Source of the DNA: an uncultured Alphaproteobacteria bacterium
GTDB taxonomy: Bacteria > Pseudomonadota > Alphaproteobacteria > Rhizobiales > Xanthobacteraceae
Reading direction: 5' to 3'
Length of the DNA stretch: 64,000 nucleotides
Assembly: GCA_963709015.1 (NCBI GenBank)
Contig: CAVPUU010000058.1
Coordinates: 9,658 to 73,657 of the forward strand
In this document: positions 34,387-44,446 of the stretch, piece after piece
How positions within the stretch are numbered: position 1 is the first letter of the stretch
Layout: every line of letters begins with the position of its first letter
The notes under the pieces: generated by a model
What the model saw: only the letters and a program-made list of their open reading frames with translations
What the model was told of the DNA's origin: nothing
Databases searched by the model: none
Made by a program: the position numbers and the translations under genes

Positions 34387-35604
34387 TTGTCATCGGAAGT
34401 AGAGGGGCGTCCGCTCGACCGCCGCGTCGTCATCAGCGCGCTCGGCATTGCGCAAATCCTGGCCTGGGGCACGTCGTTCTATTTTCCCGCCGTGTTCGCC
34501 GGGCCGATCGTCGCCGATACCGGCTGGTCGCTCGGCTTTGTGGTCGGCGGCACTTCGATCGGCCTGCTGGTCGCCGGGCTGATCTCGCCGCAGGTCGGCA
34601 AAATCATCGAGGTGCACGGCGGCCGGCCGGTTCTGCTGGCGAGTTCGCTGTTCTATGCGGCCGGATTGATCGGCATCGGTCTCGCGCCCGTTTTGCCGGT
34701 CTATTTGTTCGCTTGGGGGCTGCTCGGCATCGGCATGGGCGCCGGACTCTATGACGCAGTGTTTTCCGCGCTTGGGCGAATTTATGGGAAAGAGGCGCGC
34801 GGGCCGATCACCAACCTGACGCTATTCGGCGGCTTCGCCAGCACGATCTGCTGGCCGCTGAGCGCCTTCATGATCGAGCATATTGGCTGGCGCGAAGCGT
34901 GCTTCGTCTATGCGGCGCTACATTTCTTCTTGGCCTTGCCGCTGGTCATGGCGGTGATTGGCCGCGCGCCAAAGACGGCCAGCGTAAGCAAGACGGCGGC
35001 CGATGCGATGCAAGCTGCTTTTCCCGCGCGGATACCCAAAGAAACGCTGATCTTCACGTTGCTGGCGCTGGTGCTGTCGCTCGCCGCGGGGATCGGCTCG
35101 ATCGTGGTCGTGCATCTGCTGATCTTCCTGCAGGCGAGGGGCGTCGACTTCGCGCTGGCCGTGAGCCTCGGCACTTTGTTCGGCCCCGCGCAAGTCAGCG
35201 CGCGCGTGGTGGAACGGCTATTCGGAAGCCGTTATCACCCGATCTGGACCATGATCGGCTCCTGCATGCTGATGGCGGCCGGCCTGCTGCTGCTGGCCGG
35301 CCGATTTCCGATCCTGGTGCTGGTCATCCTGCTCTACGGCGCCGGCTACGGAATTTCCTGGATCGGCCGCGGCACGCTGCCGTTGGCGCTGTTCGGGCCG
35401 CTGCGGTTTCCGCGGCTGATGGGCAAACTGGCGTTTCCGAGCTTGATCGTGCAGGCGTTGGCGCCTTCGGCCGGCGCGCTGGCGATCGAAGCGAGTGGTG
35501 CCGACGCGACCATCGGCGTATTGACGGTGCTGGCGCTGATCAACGTGCTGCTGATCGGCCTGCTGTGGGCGGTGTGCCGGCCGCGGCTATCCAAGGGCGC
35601 GTGA
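34387..35604 (+). CDS. MFS transporter
   Basis: About 12 hydrophobic segments; QILAWGTSFY, LYDAVF, GGFASTICWP, GPAQVSAR. Confidence 0.85.
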   Translation: MSSEVEGRPLDRRVVISALGIAQILAWGTSFYFPAVFAGPIVADTGWSLGFVVGGTSIGLLVAGLISPQVGKIIEVHGGRPVLLASSLFYAAGLIGIGLAPVLPVYLFAWGLLGIGMGAGLYDAVFSALGRIYGKEARGPITNLTLFGGFASTICWPLSAFMIEHIGWREACFVYAALHFFLALPLVMAVIGRAPKTASVSKTAADAMQAAFPARIPKETLIFTLLALVLSLAAGIGSIVVVHLLIFLQARGVDFALAVSLGTLFGPAQVSARVVERLFGSRYHPIWTMIGSCMLMAAGLLLLAGRFPILVLVILLYGAGYGISWIGRGTLPLALFGPLRFPRLMGKLAFPSLIVQALAPSAGALAIEASGADATIGVLTVLALINVLLIGLLWAVCRPRLSKGA

Positions 35605-35606
35605 CG

Positions 35607-36062
35607 ATGCTGACCTTGCGCACGCTGTTTTTCGAAGACCTCTCGGTCGGCATGACCGAGCGGTTCGCCAAGACCGTGGCGTCGGTCGACGTGGTCGGCT
35701 TTGCGGAAGTCACCGGCGACCGCAATCCGATTTATTTGTCCGAGCACTTTGCGGCCAAGACGCCGTTCGGCACGCGTATCGCTCACGGGCTCTACACCGC
35801 GAGCTTGATTTCGGCCGTGCTCGGCACGCGGCTGCCGGGGCCGGGCGCCGTCTATATCTCGCAGACGCTGAATTTCCGCGCGCCGGTGAAGATCGGCGAT
35901 ACCGTCGAGGTGAGCGTCGCGGTGGTGGAACTGCTGCCGAAGAAATCCCGCGCGCGGCTCGCCTGCACCTGCACGGTCGACGGCGAAACCGTGCTCGACG
36001 GCGAAGCCTGGGTGAAGGTACCGTCGAAAAAGAGCGGCGGACGGCCGCCGCCGCGCTTGTGA
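35607..36062 (+). CDS. MaoC/PhaJ family (R)-enoyl-CoA hydratase
   Basis: FAEVTGDRNPI, RIAHG, LPGPGAVY, FRAPVKIGD. Confidence 0.87.
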   Translation: MLTLRTLFFEDLSVGMTERFAKTVASVDVVGFAEVTGDRNPIYLSEHFAAKTPFGTRIAHGLYTASLISAVLGTRLPGPGAVYISQTLNFRAPVKIGDTVEVSVAVVELLPKKSRARLACTCTVDGETVLDGEAWVKVPSKKSGGRPPPRL

Positions 36063-36086
36063 ACGCCCAAAACGTACGGTGATCCG

Positions 36087-36464
36087 CTAGCTCCCCGGCG
36101 GCGGCGCGAAAAAGCAGCGCGGCGAGCCGTCCGGCCGCTTACAACGCCAATAGGCACCGTCGGGCGAAGGCAGCGACTGGCTATAAGGCACCATCTCGTT
36201 GACGTTTTCCTGATGCGTCGGCCCGTCCGCCTCGTTGCCGGTCACGCCCATGCCGTAGGTGACCGGGCCGCGCAGCGAATAGCCGCCGATGCCGGCTTTC
36301 ACAGCGCCAGGCGCGACCACGCCGCAATCCTCGGCGCCGCAGCACCATTCGCCGGCAGGATTCTTGTAAGCACCGCGGTTGATCCACGCGTCGTGGGCAA
36401 GCGCGGCGAAACTAAATACCGACAGAGCGAGCACGAGCAGCGAGCGTACCAAGTTTCGCAACAT
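36087..36464 (-). CDS. Secreted Cys-rich hypothetical protein
   Basis: Signal peptide; WCCGAEDC, SPDGAYWRC, RCFFAPP. Confidence 0.7.
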   Translation of the reverse strand: MLRNLVRSLLVLALSVFSFAALAHDAWINRGAYKNPAGEWCCGAEDCGVVAPGAVKAGIGGYSLRGPVTYGMGVTGNEADGPTHQENVNEMVPYSQSLPSPDGAYWRCKRPDGSPRCFFAPPPGS

Positions 36465-36736
36465 CGGCGGCCTCCTCGAAGTGGCCCGGCGTGGCGTAAC
36501 TCAAGGTTTCTTCTCTGCCCTTCCTTCTCCCGAATTTGACTGCCGCTGGTCGTTGCCCGATCGGCAGGCGTATCATGCCCGGTCTTGCGATGGCCGTGGC
36601 AAATCGATCCACCCCGAAATTTTAACACGCGGCCGCATAAAGCGAGGATAAATGTGCGCCGCGACAATGCCGCTATGCGCTTGGCGGGGATCAAAAAAGT
36701 TCCATCAATGCAGGCAGTATTGTGGTACGCGCGGAC

Positions 36737-37558
36737 ATGAATTCAGCGGCGAGAGCTTCCTGGCAAGTCTGGCGCGACCGGCGCGGACGGCTGTCGCCGT
36801 TGCGCATTGGGGCGCTGGCCTTGCTGCTTTTCCCGCTCGCCAAGGCGCTCTTCGATGCGCAAGCAATCGTGCACGGCGCGCGCCCGCTCAACGACGCGAT
36901 CCATCGCGCCGGCTTTTGGGCGCTGGCGTTTCTTGGCATCACGCTGGCGGTGACGCCGCTGCGCTGCATTGCGCGCTACGGCAATCTGATCGACGTGCGC
37001 CGCATGCTCGGCGTCGGGACCTTTTGCTACATCGCGGCGCATCTGACGCTTTTCATCGCCGACCAAATGTTCGATCTCGGCAAGGCCGTGCACGAGATCA
37101 CCCACCGCTGGTATCTCATCGTCGGCGGCGCGGCCTGGCTCGGCCTGGCGATCCTGGCCGCCACCTCGACCGACGGCATGGTGCGCCGGCTCGGCGGTCT
37201 GCGCTGGCGGTTGCTGCACCAGGTCGTCTACGGCATCGCGCTGTTGGCGTTGATCCACTATTTCCAGCAAACCAAAGCCGATATCACGGTGCCGGTATTC
37301 GCCGCCAGCCTGTTCCTGTGGCTGATGGCTTACCGGGTGGTTGCATGGCGGCAGGGAACCGGTGAATTGTCCACGCTGACGCTGCTGGCGCTGAGCGTCG
37401 TGGTGTCGGTTTTCACATTCGTCGGCGAGGCCGTCGGCATCGGCATCGCCTATCACGTCTCGCCGATGCGTGTGCTCGACGTGGCGCTGGATTTTTCCGT
37501 CGGCATCAGACCGGGTTGGGAAGTGCTGGCGGCGGGAATTCGTCGTGGTCGCGATTGA
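36737..37558 (+). CDS. Ferric reductase-like membrane protein, MsrQ/YedZ family
   Basis: LAVTPLR, RRMLGV, LAATSTDG, WRLLHQVVY, ALIHY. Confidence 0.82.
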   Translation: MNSAARASWQVWRDRRGRLSPLRIGALALLLFPLAKALFDAQAIVHGARPLNDAIHRAGFWALAFLGITLAVTPLRCIARYGNLIDVRRMLGVGTFCYIAAHLTLFIADQMFDLGKAVHEITHRWYLIVGGAAWLGLAILAATSTDGMVRRLGGLRWRLLHQVVYGIALLALIHYFQQTKADITVPVFAASLFLWLMAYRVVAWRQGTGELSTLTLLALSVVVSVFTFVGEAVGIGIAYHVSPMRVLDVALDFSVGIRPGWEVLAAGIRRGRD

Positions 37559-37626
37559 TTTCATCCGCGGCCGGGCGGATGAAAGCGCACGCCACCGGCG
37601 CGCCGTTGCGGCGGAATAGAGGAGCC

Positions 37627-38322
37627 ATGGCCACCTTCGTCGTCGCGCATGGCGCCTGGAGCGCCGGCTGGGGCTGGAAGAGGATGCACCCGCTGATGAA
37701 CGCGCGCGGGCATCGCCTGGCCACGCCGACTTATACGGGCCTCGGCGAGCGCGGCCATCTGGCGCGCCCCGATATCGATCTCGAGACGCACGTCGCCGAC
37801 ATCCTCGGCGTGCTCACGTTCGAGGACCTGACCGATGTGAACCTGATCGGCCATTCCTACGGCGGCATGGTCGCGACCGGCGTCGCCGATCGCGCGCGCG
37901 AACGCATCGCCCGGCTCATTTATATCGACGCCTTTGCGCCGTGTGACGGAGACAGCGTGATCGATCTTCTGCCGCCTGCTGCGCGGGCGCAGCGCCAAGC
38001 GACGGCCGACGGCATGATCCCGCCGGTGGGCATGCCGCCGGATACGTCGCCGGAGGACCGCGCCTGGTGCGATCCGTTGCGGCTGCCGCAGCCGGCCCGG
38101 ACGTTCGAGCAGAAACTGAAGTTTCACGGCGGCGCGCTGACGCTGCCGCGGCATTACATCTACTGCACGCGCAATGCGCCTGACGACCGCTTCCGGCAAT
38201 TCTATGAGCGCGCCAAACGGGAAGGCTGGGGTGCAAGCGCGATCGATTCAAGCCACAACCCGCATATCACGTGTCCCGACGTACTGGCCGATTTGCTCGA
38301 CCGCATCGCCCGGCAAGCTTGA
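37627..38322 (+). CDS. Alpha/beta hydrolase
   Basis: VAHGAWSAGW, PTYTGLGER, GHSYGG. Confidence 0.88.
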   Translation: MATFVVAHGAWSAGWGWKRMHPLMNARGHRLATPTYTGLGERGHLARPDIDLETHVADILGVLTFEDLTDVNLIGHSYGGMVATGVADRARERIARLIYIDAFAPCDGDSVIDLLPPAARAQRQATADGMIPPVGMPPDTSPEDRAWCDPLRLPQPARTFEQKLKFHGGALTLPRHYIYCTRNAPDDRFRQFYERAKREGWGASAIDSSHNPHITCPDVLADLLDRIARQA

Positions 38323-38332
38323 AACCGCGCGG

Positions 38333-39385
38333 CTATTTCACGCCGCCCTTTTTCTGCACCGGTCCGGTCAACGCCTCGAAGCGCTTGCGCAGATAGACCA
38401 CCAGCGCGGTATTGCTGATGAAGGCCGGGTATTTGTTGGCGAGTTTGAGCGAGAACAGCAACGGCAATCCAGCCGGCGGCGGCACGTCCTTGCGCGGCGA
38501 CCAGGTGTCGAGCTTGCTCTGCTGTTCCTTGTCCAGGAACCAGGTGAGGAACAGCCGCGCCGCATTCGGATGCGGCGAATCTCTGAAGGTGGCGGCAGTC
38601 TGTGCCCAGACCGGCGTCGGGTCGATCTTGGAGAATGAAATCTCGATCGGCTTGCCGGCGCGCTGCTCGCGCAGCGAAAAGTTCGGATTGGAGTCGATCG
38701 ACACCATGTTCTCGCCGGCGGCGAGGCTGCGCGACACACCGAGATGGCCCTGCACGAATTGCGCGCCGTTGGCCATGTACTTGTTTACCCAGTCCCAGCC
38801 GTAGCGATCGATGAGCGTGTAGAACAGATAGAGCGTGATGTCGTCGTCGTGCGGATAGCAGGTAATCATCTTGCCCTTGAATTCGGGCTTGAGAAAATCC
38901 TTCGCGGACTGCGGTGCGTCGCCGGGCTTCACCAGATCCTTGTTGTAGGCGTAGGACACCGAGGTGACGAACACGCCGACGTAATAGCCGTCGCGGTCCT
39001 TGAACGACTTGTCGATCTTGCGCCAGCCGGCCGGCTTGAAGCGGGCAAGCACCACTTCTTTTTTCCAGCGGATGAAATCCTGCACCGTCTGCAGGATGGC
39101 GAGGTCGACATCCAACTTCTTGTTCTTGATTTGCTGGTCGATTTGCTGGTCGAGCACGTTGCTGAAGCCGGCGTGGATGGTGACTTTGATGCCGGGATAT
39201 TTCTGTTCGAAGGCCTTCGCCGGCACTTCATAGAGCGAAGTCGGCCCACCGCCGTATATGACGAGCTCCTTCTCAAGCTTCGCTTTCTCGTAAAGCTGAT
39301 CCATGCTTTGCGCATGCGCAGAGCCTGCGGCGCACACAGTCGCGCCGAAAGTGATGGCCGCAAGGACGCAAAGATGCCGGTTCAT
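38333..39385 (-). CDS. ABC substrate-binding protein (Fe3+/thiamine/polyamine-type)
   Basis: Signal peptide, LYEKAKLEKELVIYG, FLKPEFKGK, PHPNAARLF. Confidence 0.8.
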   Translation of the reverse strand: MNRHLCVLAAITFGATVCAAGSAHAQSMDQLYEKAKLEKELVIYGGGPTSLYEVPAKAFEQKYPGIKVTIHAGFSNVLDQQIDQQIKNKKLDVDLAILQTVQDFIRWKKEVVLARFKPAGWRKIDKSFKDRDGYYVGVFVTSVSYAYNKDLVKPGDAPQSAKDFLKPEFKGKMITCYPHDDDITLYLFYTLIDRYGWDWVNKYMANGAQFVQGHLGVSRSLAAGENMVSIDSNPNFSLREQRAGKPIEISFSKIDPTPVWAQTAATFRDSPHPNAARLFLTWFLDKEQQSKLDTWSPRKDVPPPAGLPLLFSLKLANKYPAFISNTALVVYLRKRFEALTGPVQKKGGVK

Positions 39386-39523
39386 GTCGTCTCCCCCTGC
39401 CATGCTTGTCCTATAGATTGAGGGAATTGTAGACTCGGCTCCGTTGCAAGTAAATCGTTGCCTGCGGGCGGATCAGAGTTTGCGCCTGTCACCAGCCCAG
39501 CGCGGTTGTATGGCGCCTTTTAA

Positions 39524-40546
39524 CTAGGCGTGCTTGCGTTCTACAACCGGCACCGCGGGGATATCGGGGGCGCGATTGGGCAGCAGCGATTTGAGACGAC
39601 CGGCGGCGTTGATCAGCGGCTCGACCAGCTCGCCCTTTACGGTGTGCGCGTTCGGGTGATCGGAGAAGCCGAACACCAGCGGTTCACGCTCCTTTGCCGG
39701 CACGTAGAGCGTGCCGAACATCCAGTCCCACAGCGCCAGGCAACTACCGAAATTTTTGTTGAAGTGTTTTGGATTGCCGGAGTGGTGCACCTGATGATGC
39801 GCAGGCGACACGAAGATGCGGCCGGCCAGCCCACGGAACGATATCCACATATGCGAGTGCTGAAGATGGATGTAAGCGTGGATGAACAGCACCAAAATGA
39901 TGTTGGTGTCGCTGAGCGCGTATTGATAGGCGGTTTCGCCGAACACGTAATGGCACAGACCGTTGGCGACTGCGGACATGACGGCGAGAGTATTGGCGAA
40001 GATCCAGCCGTCGACCGGATGGACGCGGAAATTAGTGAGCGGGGTGAGCACCTCGGCGGTGTGATGCACCTTGTGGAATTCCCACAGCACCGGCACCTTG
40101 TGGCTGAGCCAATGGTTGAACCAGTAGCCGAGTTCATAAGCGAGAAACAGCATGAGCGTGATGACAGTGCGCGTGACGTAAGGCGGCAACGTCGAGGACG
40201 CGACGGGCCCCGCGAGCGCAACAAGCCCGGCAATGATGCCGTTGGAGACGAACTGATAAGATAGGATCGCCCAGCCGAACAGCACGCTGAACATGAACAC
40301 GTTGAACAACAGATAGAAGATATCGGCCTGATTCGAGCTATGACGCATGATGCGGCGCGGGAACAGCGCGCGTACGATTGTTTTCACGCGGATGCGGCGG
40401 CCGCGCTTATAACGCTGCCAGGCGAAATAGAGCGCCGAGATGACAAACGCCGCCGCCAGCGAGGTCAGCGAGAATTGCGAGCCAAGCGAGAAAAACAGCC
40501 TGCCCAGCTGGCCGAAGAAAAATCCGATGCCGGCGGAAAAATCCAA
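39524..40546 (-). CDS. Sterol desaturase / fatty acid hydroxylase family protein
   Basis: His boxes HWLSH, FHKVHH, HLQHSH, HHQVHH; NFG...WDWMFGT. Confidence 0.88.
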   Translation of the reverse strand: MDFSAGIGFFFGQLGRLFFSLGSQFSLTSLAAAFVISALYFAWQRYKRGRRIRVKTIVRALFPRRIMRHSSNQADIFYLLFNVFMFSVLFGWAILSYQFVSNGIIAGLVALAGPVASSTLPPYVTRTVITLMLFLAYELGYWFNHWLSHKVPVLWEFHKVHHTAEVLTPLTNFRVHPVDGWIFANTLAVMSAVANGLCHYVFGETAYQYALSDTNIILVLFIHAYIHLQHSHMWISFRGLAGRIFVSPAHHQVHHSGNPKHFNKNFGSCLALWDWMFGTLYVPAKEREPLVFGFSDHPNAHTVKGELVEPLINAAGRLKSLLPNRAPDIPAVPVVERKHA

Positions 40547-40638
40547 CGCGAACTCCTGATAGCTAGCGAGGAGCGCAATGTCTTACCAAAGGGTAAATAT
40601 TGCGTTTCCCCTTATCCCACTTCAGGGGGCCAAACAAA

Positions 40639-40917
40639 TTAGCGCAGTAAATCCGAGTATTCCGGATGCTTGGCGATGTAGCCGGCGACGAAGGGGCAAA
40701 GCGGCACGACCTTCAGCTTTTGCGCGCGCACGATGTCGAGCAGGCCCCGCACCAGCGCCGAGCCGATGCCGCGGCCGTTGAGTTCCTTCGGCACTTCGGT
40801 GTGCAGGATGGTGATGACGCCACTGTCGCGCTTGTAGTTCGAGAATGCCACGTGGCCATCGGCGTCGAGCTCGAAGCGGTGGCGTTCGGTATTGTCACGC
40901 ACGGCGGACATGGTCAT
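40639..40917 (-). CDS. Small GNAT acetyltransferase, YjdJ-like
   Basis: HTEVPKELNGRGIGSAL, VVPLCPFV. Confidence 0.88.
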   Translation of the reverse strand: MTMSAVRDNTERHRFELDADGHVAFSNYKRDSGVITILHTEVPKELNGRGIGSALVRGLLDIVRAQKLKVVPLCPFVAGYIAKHPEYSDLLR

Positions 40918-40983
40918 GATCCCTGCACATTTCCGATCTAGCGGTTAAAGTCGTTTGGACCCGCTCATTTTGCAAGGTGCCAT

Positions 40984-41607
40984 ATGCCCGAACTCACGCT
41001 CTATCATGCTTCGCCGTCGCGTTCTTCCGTCGTGCTGTGGATGCTGGAGGAACTCGGCCAGCCCTACGACATCAAGCTCTTGAGCCTGAAGCAGGGCGAC
41101 AACATGAAGCCGGACTTTCTCGCGATCAATCCGATGGGCAAGGTGCCGACGCTCAGGCATCGCGACACGATCGTCACCGAGCTTGCCGCGATCTGCACCT
41201 ATCTCGCCGACGAATTTCCCGACGCCAAGCTGAACGTGCCCGTAGGCGCGCCGCGCCGCGGGGTCTATCTCAAATGGCTGTTCTTCAATCCCGGCTGCCT
41301 GGAGCCTGCGCTGATCGACCGCGCCGCGCCGCGCAAGGAGCCGCCGCGCCGCGGCATGCTCGGTTACGGCGATTTCGACACGGTGATGAACGTGCTGGTC
41401 AAGGCGATCGAGAAAGGGCCATGGCTGATGGGCGAGCAATTCACCGCCGCCGACGTGGTGATCGGCGCCAATATCCGCTGGGGCATGGTGTTCAAGATGC
41501 TGCCGGAGCGCAAGGAATTCACCGACTACGCCGCGCGCATCGCGGCGCGCCCGGCCGCTCAGCGCGCGCAGGCGAAAGACAAGGAGATGGAAGCGAAGGC
41601 GGCGTGA
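40984..41607 (+). CDS. Glutathione S-transferase family protein
   Basis: INPMGKVPTL, ELAAICTYLAD, GEQFTAADV. Confidence 0.9.
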   Translation: MPELTLYHASPSRSSVVLWMLEELGQPYDIKLLSLKQGDNMKPDFLAINPMGKVPTLRHRDTIVTELAAICTYLADEFPDAKLNVPVGAPRRGVYLKWLFFNPGCLEPALIDRAAPRKEPPRRGMLGYGDFDTVMNVLVKAIEKGPWLMGEQFTAADVVIGANIRWGMVFKMLPERKEFTDYAARIAARPAAQRAQAKDKEMEAKAA

Positions 41608-41738
41608 CATTTCCGTTTTTCTGCGTGCGCCCGATGATTGAACTTTTTGTGTGAAGATTTGACGGCCGGCGTCCGCCGCAAGGTTGACGGCGCCCAACCC
41701 GGTTGCGGCCGGGCTGGGCGATTCCTTTTGCCGCAATC

Positions 41739-42248
41739 TTATTTGAGGCCGGTCAGCGTGACCCCACGCACCGCCTGATTGAGCGCGGCGGTCTGCGCGG
41801 CGTTGATCTGCTGCGAGATCAACAGCGTTTCCGTCGCCCACAGATCCGGCTCGAGCGGAATGATGATCATCTTTACGTCGAGCAAGATGCCGCTGGCGTT
41901 TTTCATCTGCCCGAAGAAGACCTCGCCCTTCTTGCCCGAGACCGCGGCGGGCTCTTGCTTGGGAAATTGCGTGATGTTCGACGGCTTGCCGATCGCCAAG
42001 GCCAATTCCATGAGCGGCTTGCCGGCATAGTTCTGGTCGCGCACCATCGACAGATAGATCGAGCTGCGGTGATCGGCGGGCAGCAGCTGCATGCCGTTGT
42101 ACCGGTCCTCCTTCGCGGTCCAGCCGGTCGGCAGGTTGACCAGGAAGGCGGGCGCCCCCGCCTTGGGAAAGCGGATCTCGGCCGCCTGAACGGACCCCGC
42201 CAGCACGCAACTGAGAATAAAAAGAAACGCGACGGCGTGACGACGCAT
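41739..42248 (-). CDS. Secreted hypothetical protein (paralog A)
   Basis: Signal peptide ending VQA, then AEIRFPKAGAPAFLVNLPTGW, similar to 42615-43148. Confidence 0.72.
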   Translation of the reverse strand: MRRHAVAFLFILSCVLAGSVQAAEIRFPKAGAPAFLVNLPTGWTAKEDRYNGMQLLPADHRSSIYLSMVRDQNYAGKPLMELALAIGKPSNITQFPKQEPAAVSGKKGEVFFGQMKNASGILLDVKMIIIPLEPDLWATETLLISQQINAAQTAALNQAVRGVTLTGLK

Positions 42249-42406
42249 GATGCCCCCGAACGATGATGCTTCGACCGGCGCCGAGCCTAGCGGCTTCCCG
42301 ACGCCGCTCAAAGCCGGGGACAGCGGCGGAATCCGGTTCTCATTTGAGGGGCGCTTGCTAGACTTTGCCGCGTCGCCTGAGATTTCATCCATAGGGAACT
42401 CCCGCA

Positions 42407-42607
42407 ATGAAGCTTATCCTGAGCGCGCTCGGTGTCGCTTTGCTTGTCGCCGCCACGATGTACTTTTTGCTGCCGGCCGACCAATTGCCGGGCTTTTTTC
42501 CCGGGCATGAAGCGGGCATGACGCGCGTCCACGCCAAACACGGGATGGTGGCGGGCGCCGCCGGCGTCGTGCTGCTGGCGCTCGGTTGGTTCATGGGACG
42601 GCGATAG
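42407..42607 (+). CDS. Small two-TM membrane protein
   Basis: 66 aa, two hydrophobic helices around PADQLPGFFPGH. Confidence 0.7.
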   Translation: MKLILSALGVALLVAATMYFLLPADQLPGFFPGHEAGMTRVHAKHGMVAGAAGVVLLALGWFMGRR

Positions 42608-42614
42608 GCGCGGC

Positions 42615-43148
42615 CTATTCGCGCGTGAGCGTGATGCTGTTGAGCACGCGGTCGACCGCCTCGTACTCGACGTGGTCCATGCCCGGCTGCGTCACCGTCC
42701 AGGCATGCGCCCAGGCGTTCGGCTCCACCTGGAAGATCACGATGCGCGCCTTGCGGTATAGCCCGCGCTTTTCCGGAACCTTGCCGTAAAACGCCGTGCC
42801 CCGGATGATCGCGCCGTCCGGACCGGTCATGCGCGCCGGCTCCTCCTTGTCGAATGCCGTGACGCCGGCCGATTTGGCGACTTCGGCGGCGACGGCGCGC
42901 GCCGGCTGGCCGCGCAATTTGTCGTCCACCAGCATGCCGAGATAGATCATCGTGTGCTGGCTCTGCGACGGCGGCACCAGCAGCAGCCCGCCGCGCGCGT
43001 CCGGCAGCGAACGCCAGCCTTTCGGCAGATCGACCAGAAAGGCATGTTTGCCGGATTTCGGAAAGCGGATTTGGCCGGCCTGTGCCGGCAGCGCGACGAC
43101 GCCAAGCAGACAAAGAGCGGCAAAAAGAACGACAAAGAGACGGTGCAT
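42615..43148 (-). CDS. Secreted hypothetical protein (paralog B)
   Basis: Signal peptide ending AQA, then GQIRFPKSGKHAFLVDLPKGW. Confidence 0.72.
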   Translation of the reverse strand: MHRLFVVLFAALCLLGVVALPAQAGQIRFPKSGKHAFLVDLPKGWRSLPDARGGLLLVPPSQSQHTMIYLGMLVDDKLRGQPARAVAAEVAKSAGVTAFDKEEPARMTGPDGAIIRGTAFYGKVPEKRGLYRKARIVIFQVEPNAWAHAWTVTQPGMDHVEYEAVDRVLNSITLTRE

Positions 43149-43236
43149 CCCGGGCCCTACGATCATTCCTAGGCGAGCATGATCGCCAGTTTTGACGGTG
43201 GAGTCTATTATTCCGCTTTTCCGTTCCGTCTTCCTT

Positions 43237-43368
43237 TGTGGGAGAGGGTGCCCGAGCGAAGCGGGGGCGGGTGAGGGGTCGGTATTCGATTGAAAAGTCC
43301 GGACCCCTCTCCCGGCTCGCGCTCGGATTCCCTCCGCGCTCGCCACCCTCTCCCACAAGGGGAGAGGG
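43237..43368. repeat. GGGAGAGGG...CCCTCTCCC doublet repeat
   Basis: TGTGGGAGAGGGTG...GGGTGAGGGG / CCCCTCTCCCG...CACCCTCTCCCACAAGGGAGAGGG. Confidence 0.75.
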
Positions 43369-43397
43369 AAGTGTGAGTGCCGCACGTGCCGTTCCGT

Positions 43398-43733
43398 TCA
43401 TTCAGCCACGCTCGCCCGCTTCTTCGGCGCTAACGCGCTTTTATCGACCCGCGCGATCCAGTCCTCGACGGCGGCGATCTCGTCCGGTGCGTCCTCGCGC
43501 ACCTCGTCATAGCTCAGGCCGTAATCGAGGCCTTCGAGCATGGCCTTGACGCCCTCGCGCGCGTCTTCCGGCACCAGCGGCGCGTAGCGCGCCAGACAAT
43601 CGCGCGGATCGCGCTTGCAGGCGCGGGCGCGCCGGCAGGCGGGCTTGGCGCAAAAGCCCCACAGGCAGATCATGTTGGACATCCAACGATAAGCCTCGGT
43701 GAGGGCGGCAGATTGGGCATCGTTGGTTTTCAT
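43398..43733 (-). CDS. Hypothetical protein with a Cys cluster (CxxxxCRRxxxC...C)
   Basis: MKTNDAQ...ICLWGFCAKPACRRARACKRDPRDCLARY; host-like codon usage. Confidence 0.68.
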   Translation of the reverse strand: MKTNDAQSAALTEAYRWMSNMICLWGFCAKPACRRARACKRDPRDCLARYAPLVPEDAREGVKAMLEGLDYGLSYDEVREDAPDEIAAVEDWIARVDKSALAPKKRASVAE

Positions 43734-44270
43734 CGCATGTTTTTCATTCTGCATTTCAGGCAAGCTCCACCGTTCTCGCGGCGCGGCAGCGCCCGAGGTT
43801 TGGGGCACCGGATGCCGGGCCTGCCCGGTATCCGGCACGTTCAAGTCCCTCGCCAAAAAGGCGAGGGGGACGGCGCGCCAAGCGGCGCTACCGTTTCTTA
43901 TGTGCACGCGTTCTCGCGAACGCGTGGCGCCTTTCGGCGCGCCGTCTCGGCGTTTTCCTTGCGGCGCCGGGCCGCGCTTTCGGCTCGGCTCTTGGCGTGC
44001 CGTCGGGCTTTTGCCCTCCGGCCGGCCGAGCCGACCACCGTCAGCGAGCTCCTCGCGGGCGGCCCGTAGTGGCCACCGGGCGGAGCCCCGGCGCCGCCCG
44101 GGTGCAAGGCCTGCTTAGCCTTGCCCGCGGGCGCCGGCCCGAACCCCACGAGCCGGAGCAACCGGTTCGCGTCCCCTCGGGGGATCGGACGGGACAGAAT
44201 AAAATCCTAGACTGTGGCGGAATTTTGTCCTAGGACGGCATTGTTGAAAAATTCGGCGTCAAAGTTGGAT

Positions 44271-44398
44271 CGTGTCCCGGGCGCAGCGCAGCACGAAGTG
44301 ATGAGCTGCAGACCCGGGACCCCGGTTTCTTAAGCTGGACCCCGGATCTGCGGCACACCACTTCGCTACGCTTCGTGCTGCGCCGCGTCCGGGGAACG
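44271..44398. repeat. GTCCCGG(A/G)CGCAGCGCAGCAC...GTGCTGCGCCGCGTCCGGG doublet repeat
   Basis: Inverted arms with inner GCAGACCCGGG/CCCGGATCTGC; partial copy at 24260-24283. Confidence 0.75.
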
Positions 44399-44446
44399 CG
44401 CCCGGGTCAGGGCCGCACATGACGGAGAATGTGGTATGTTCTCGCC

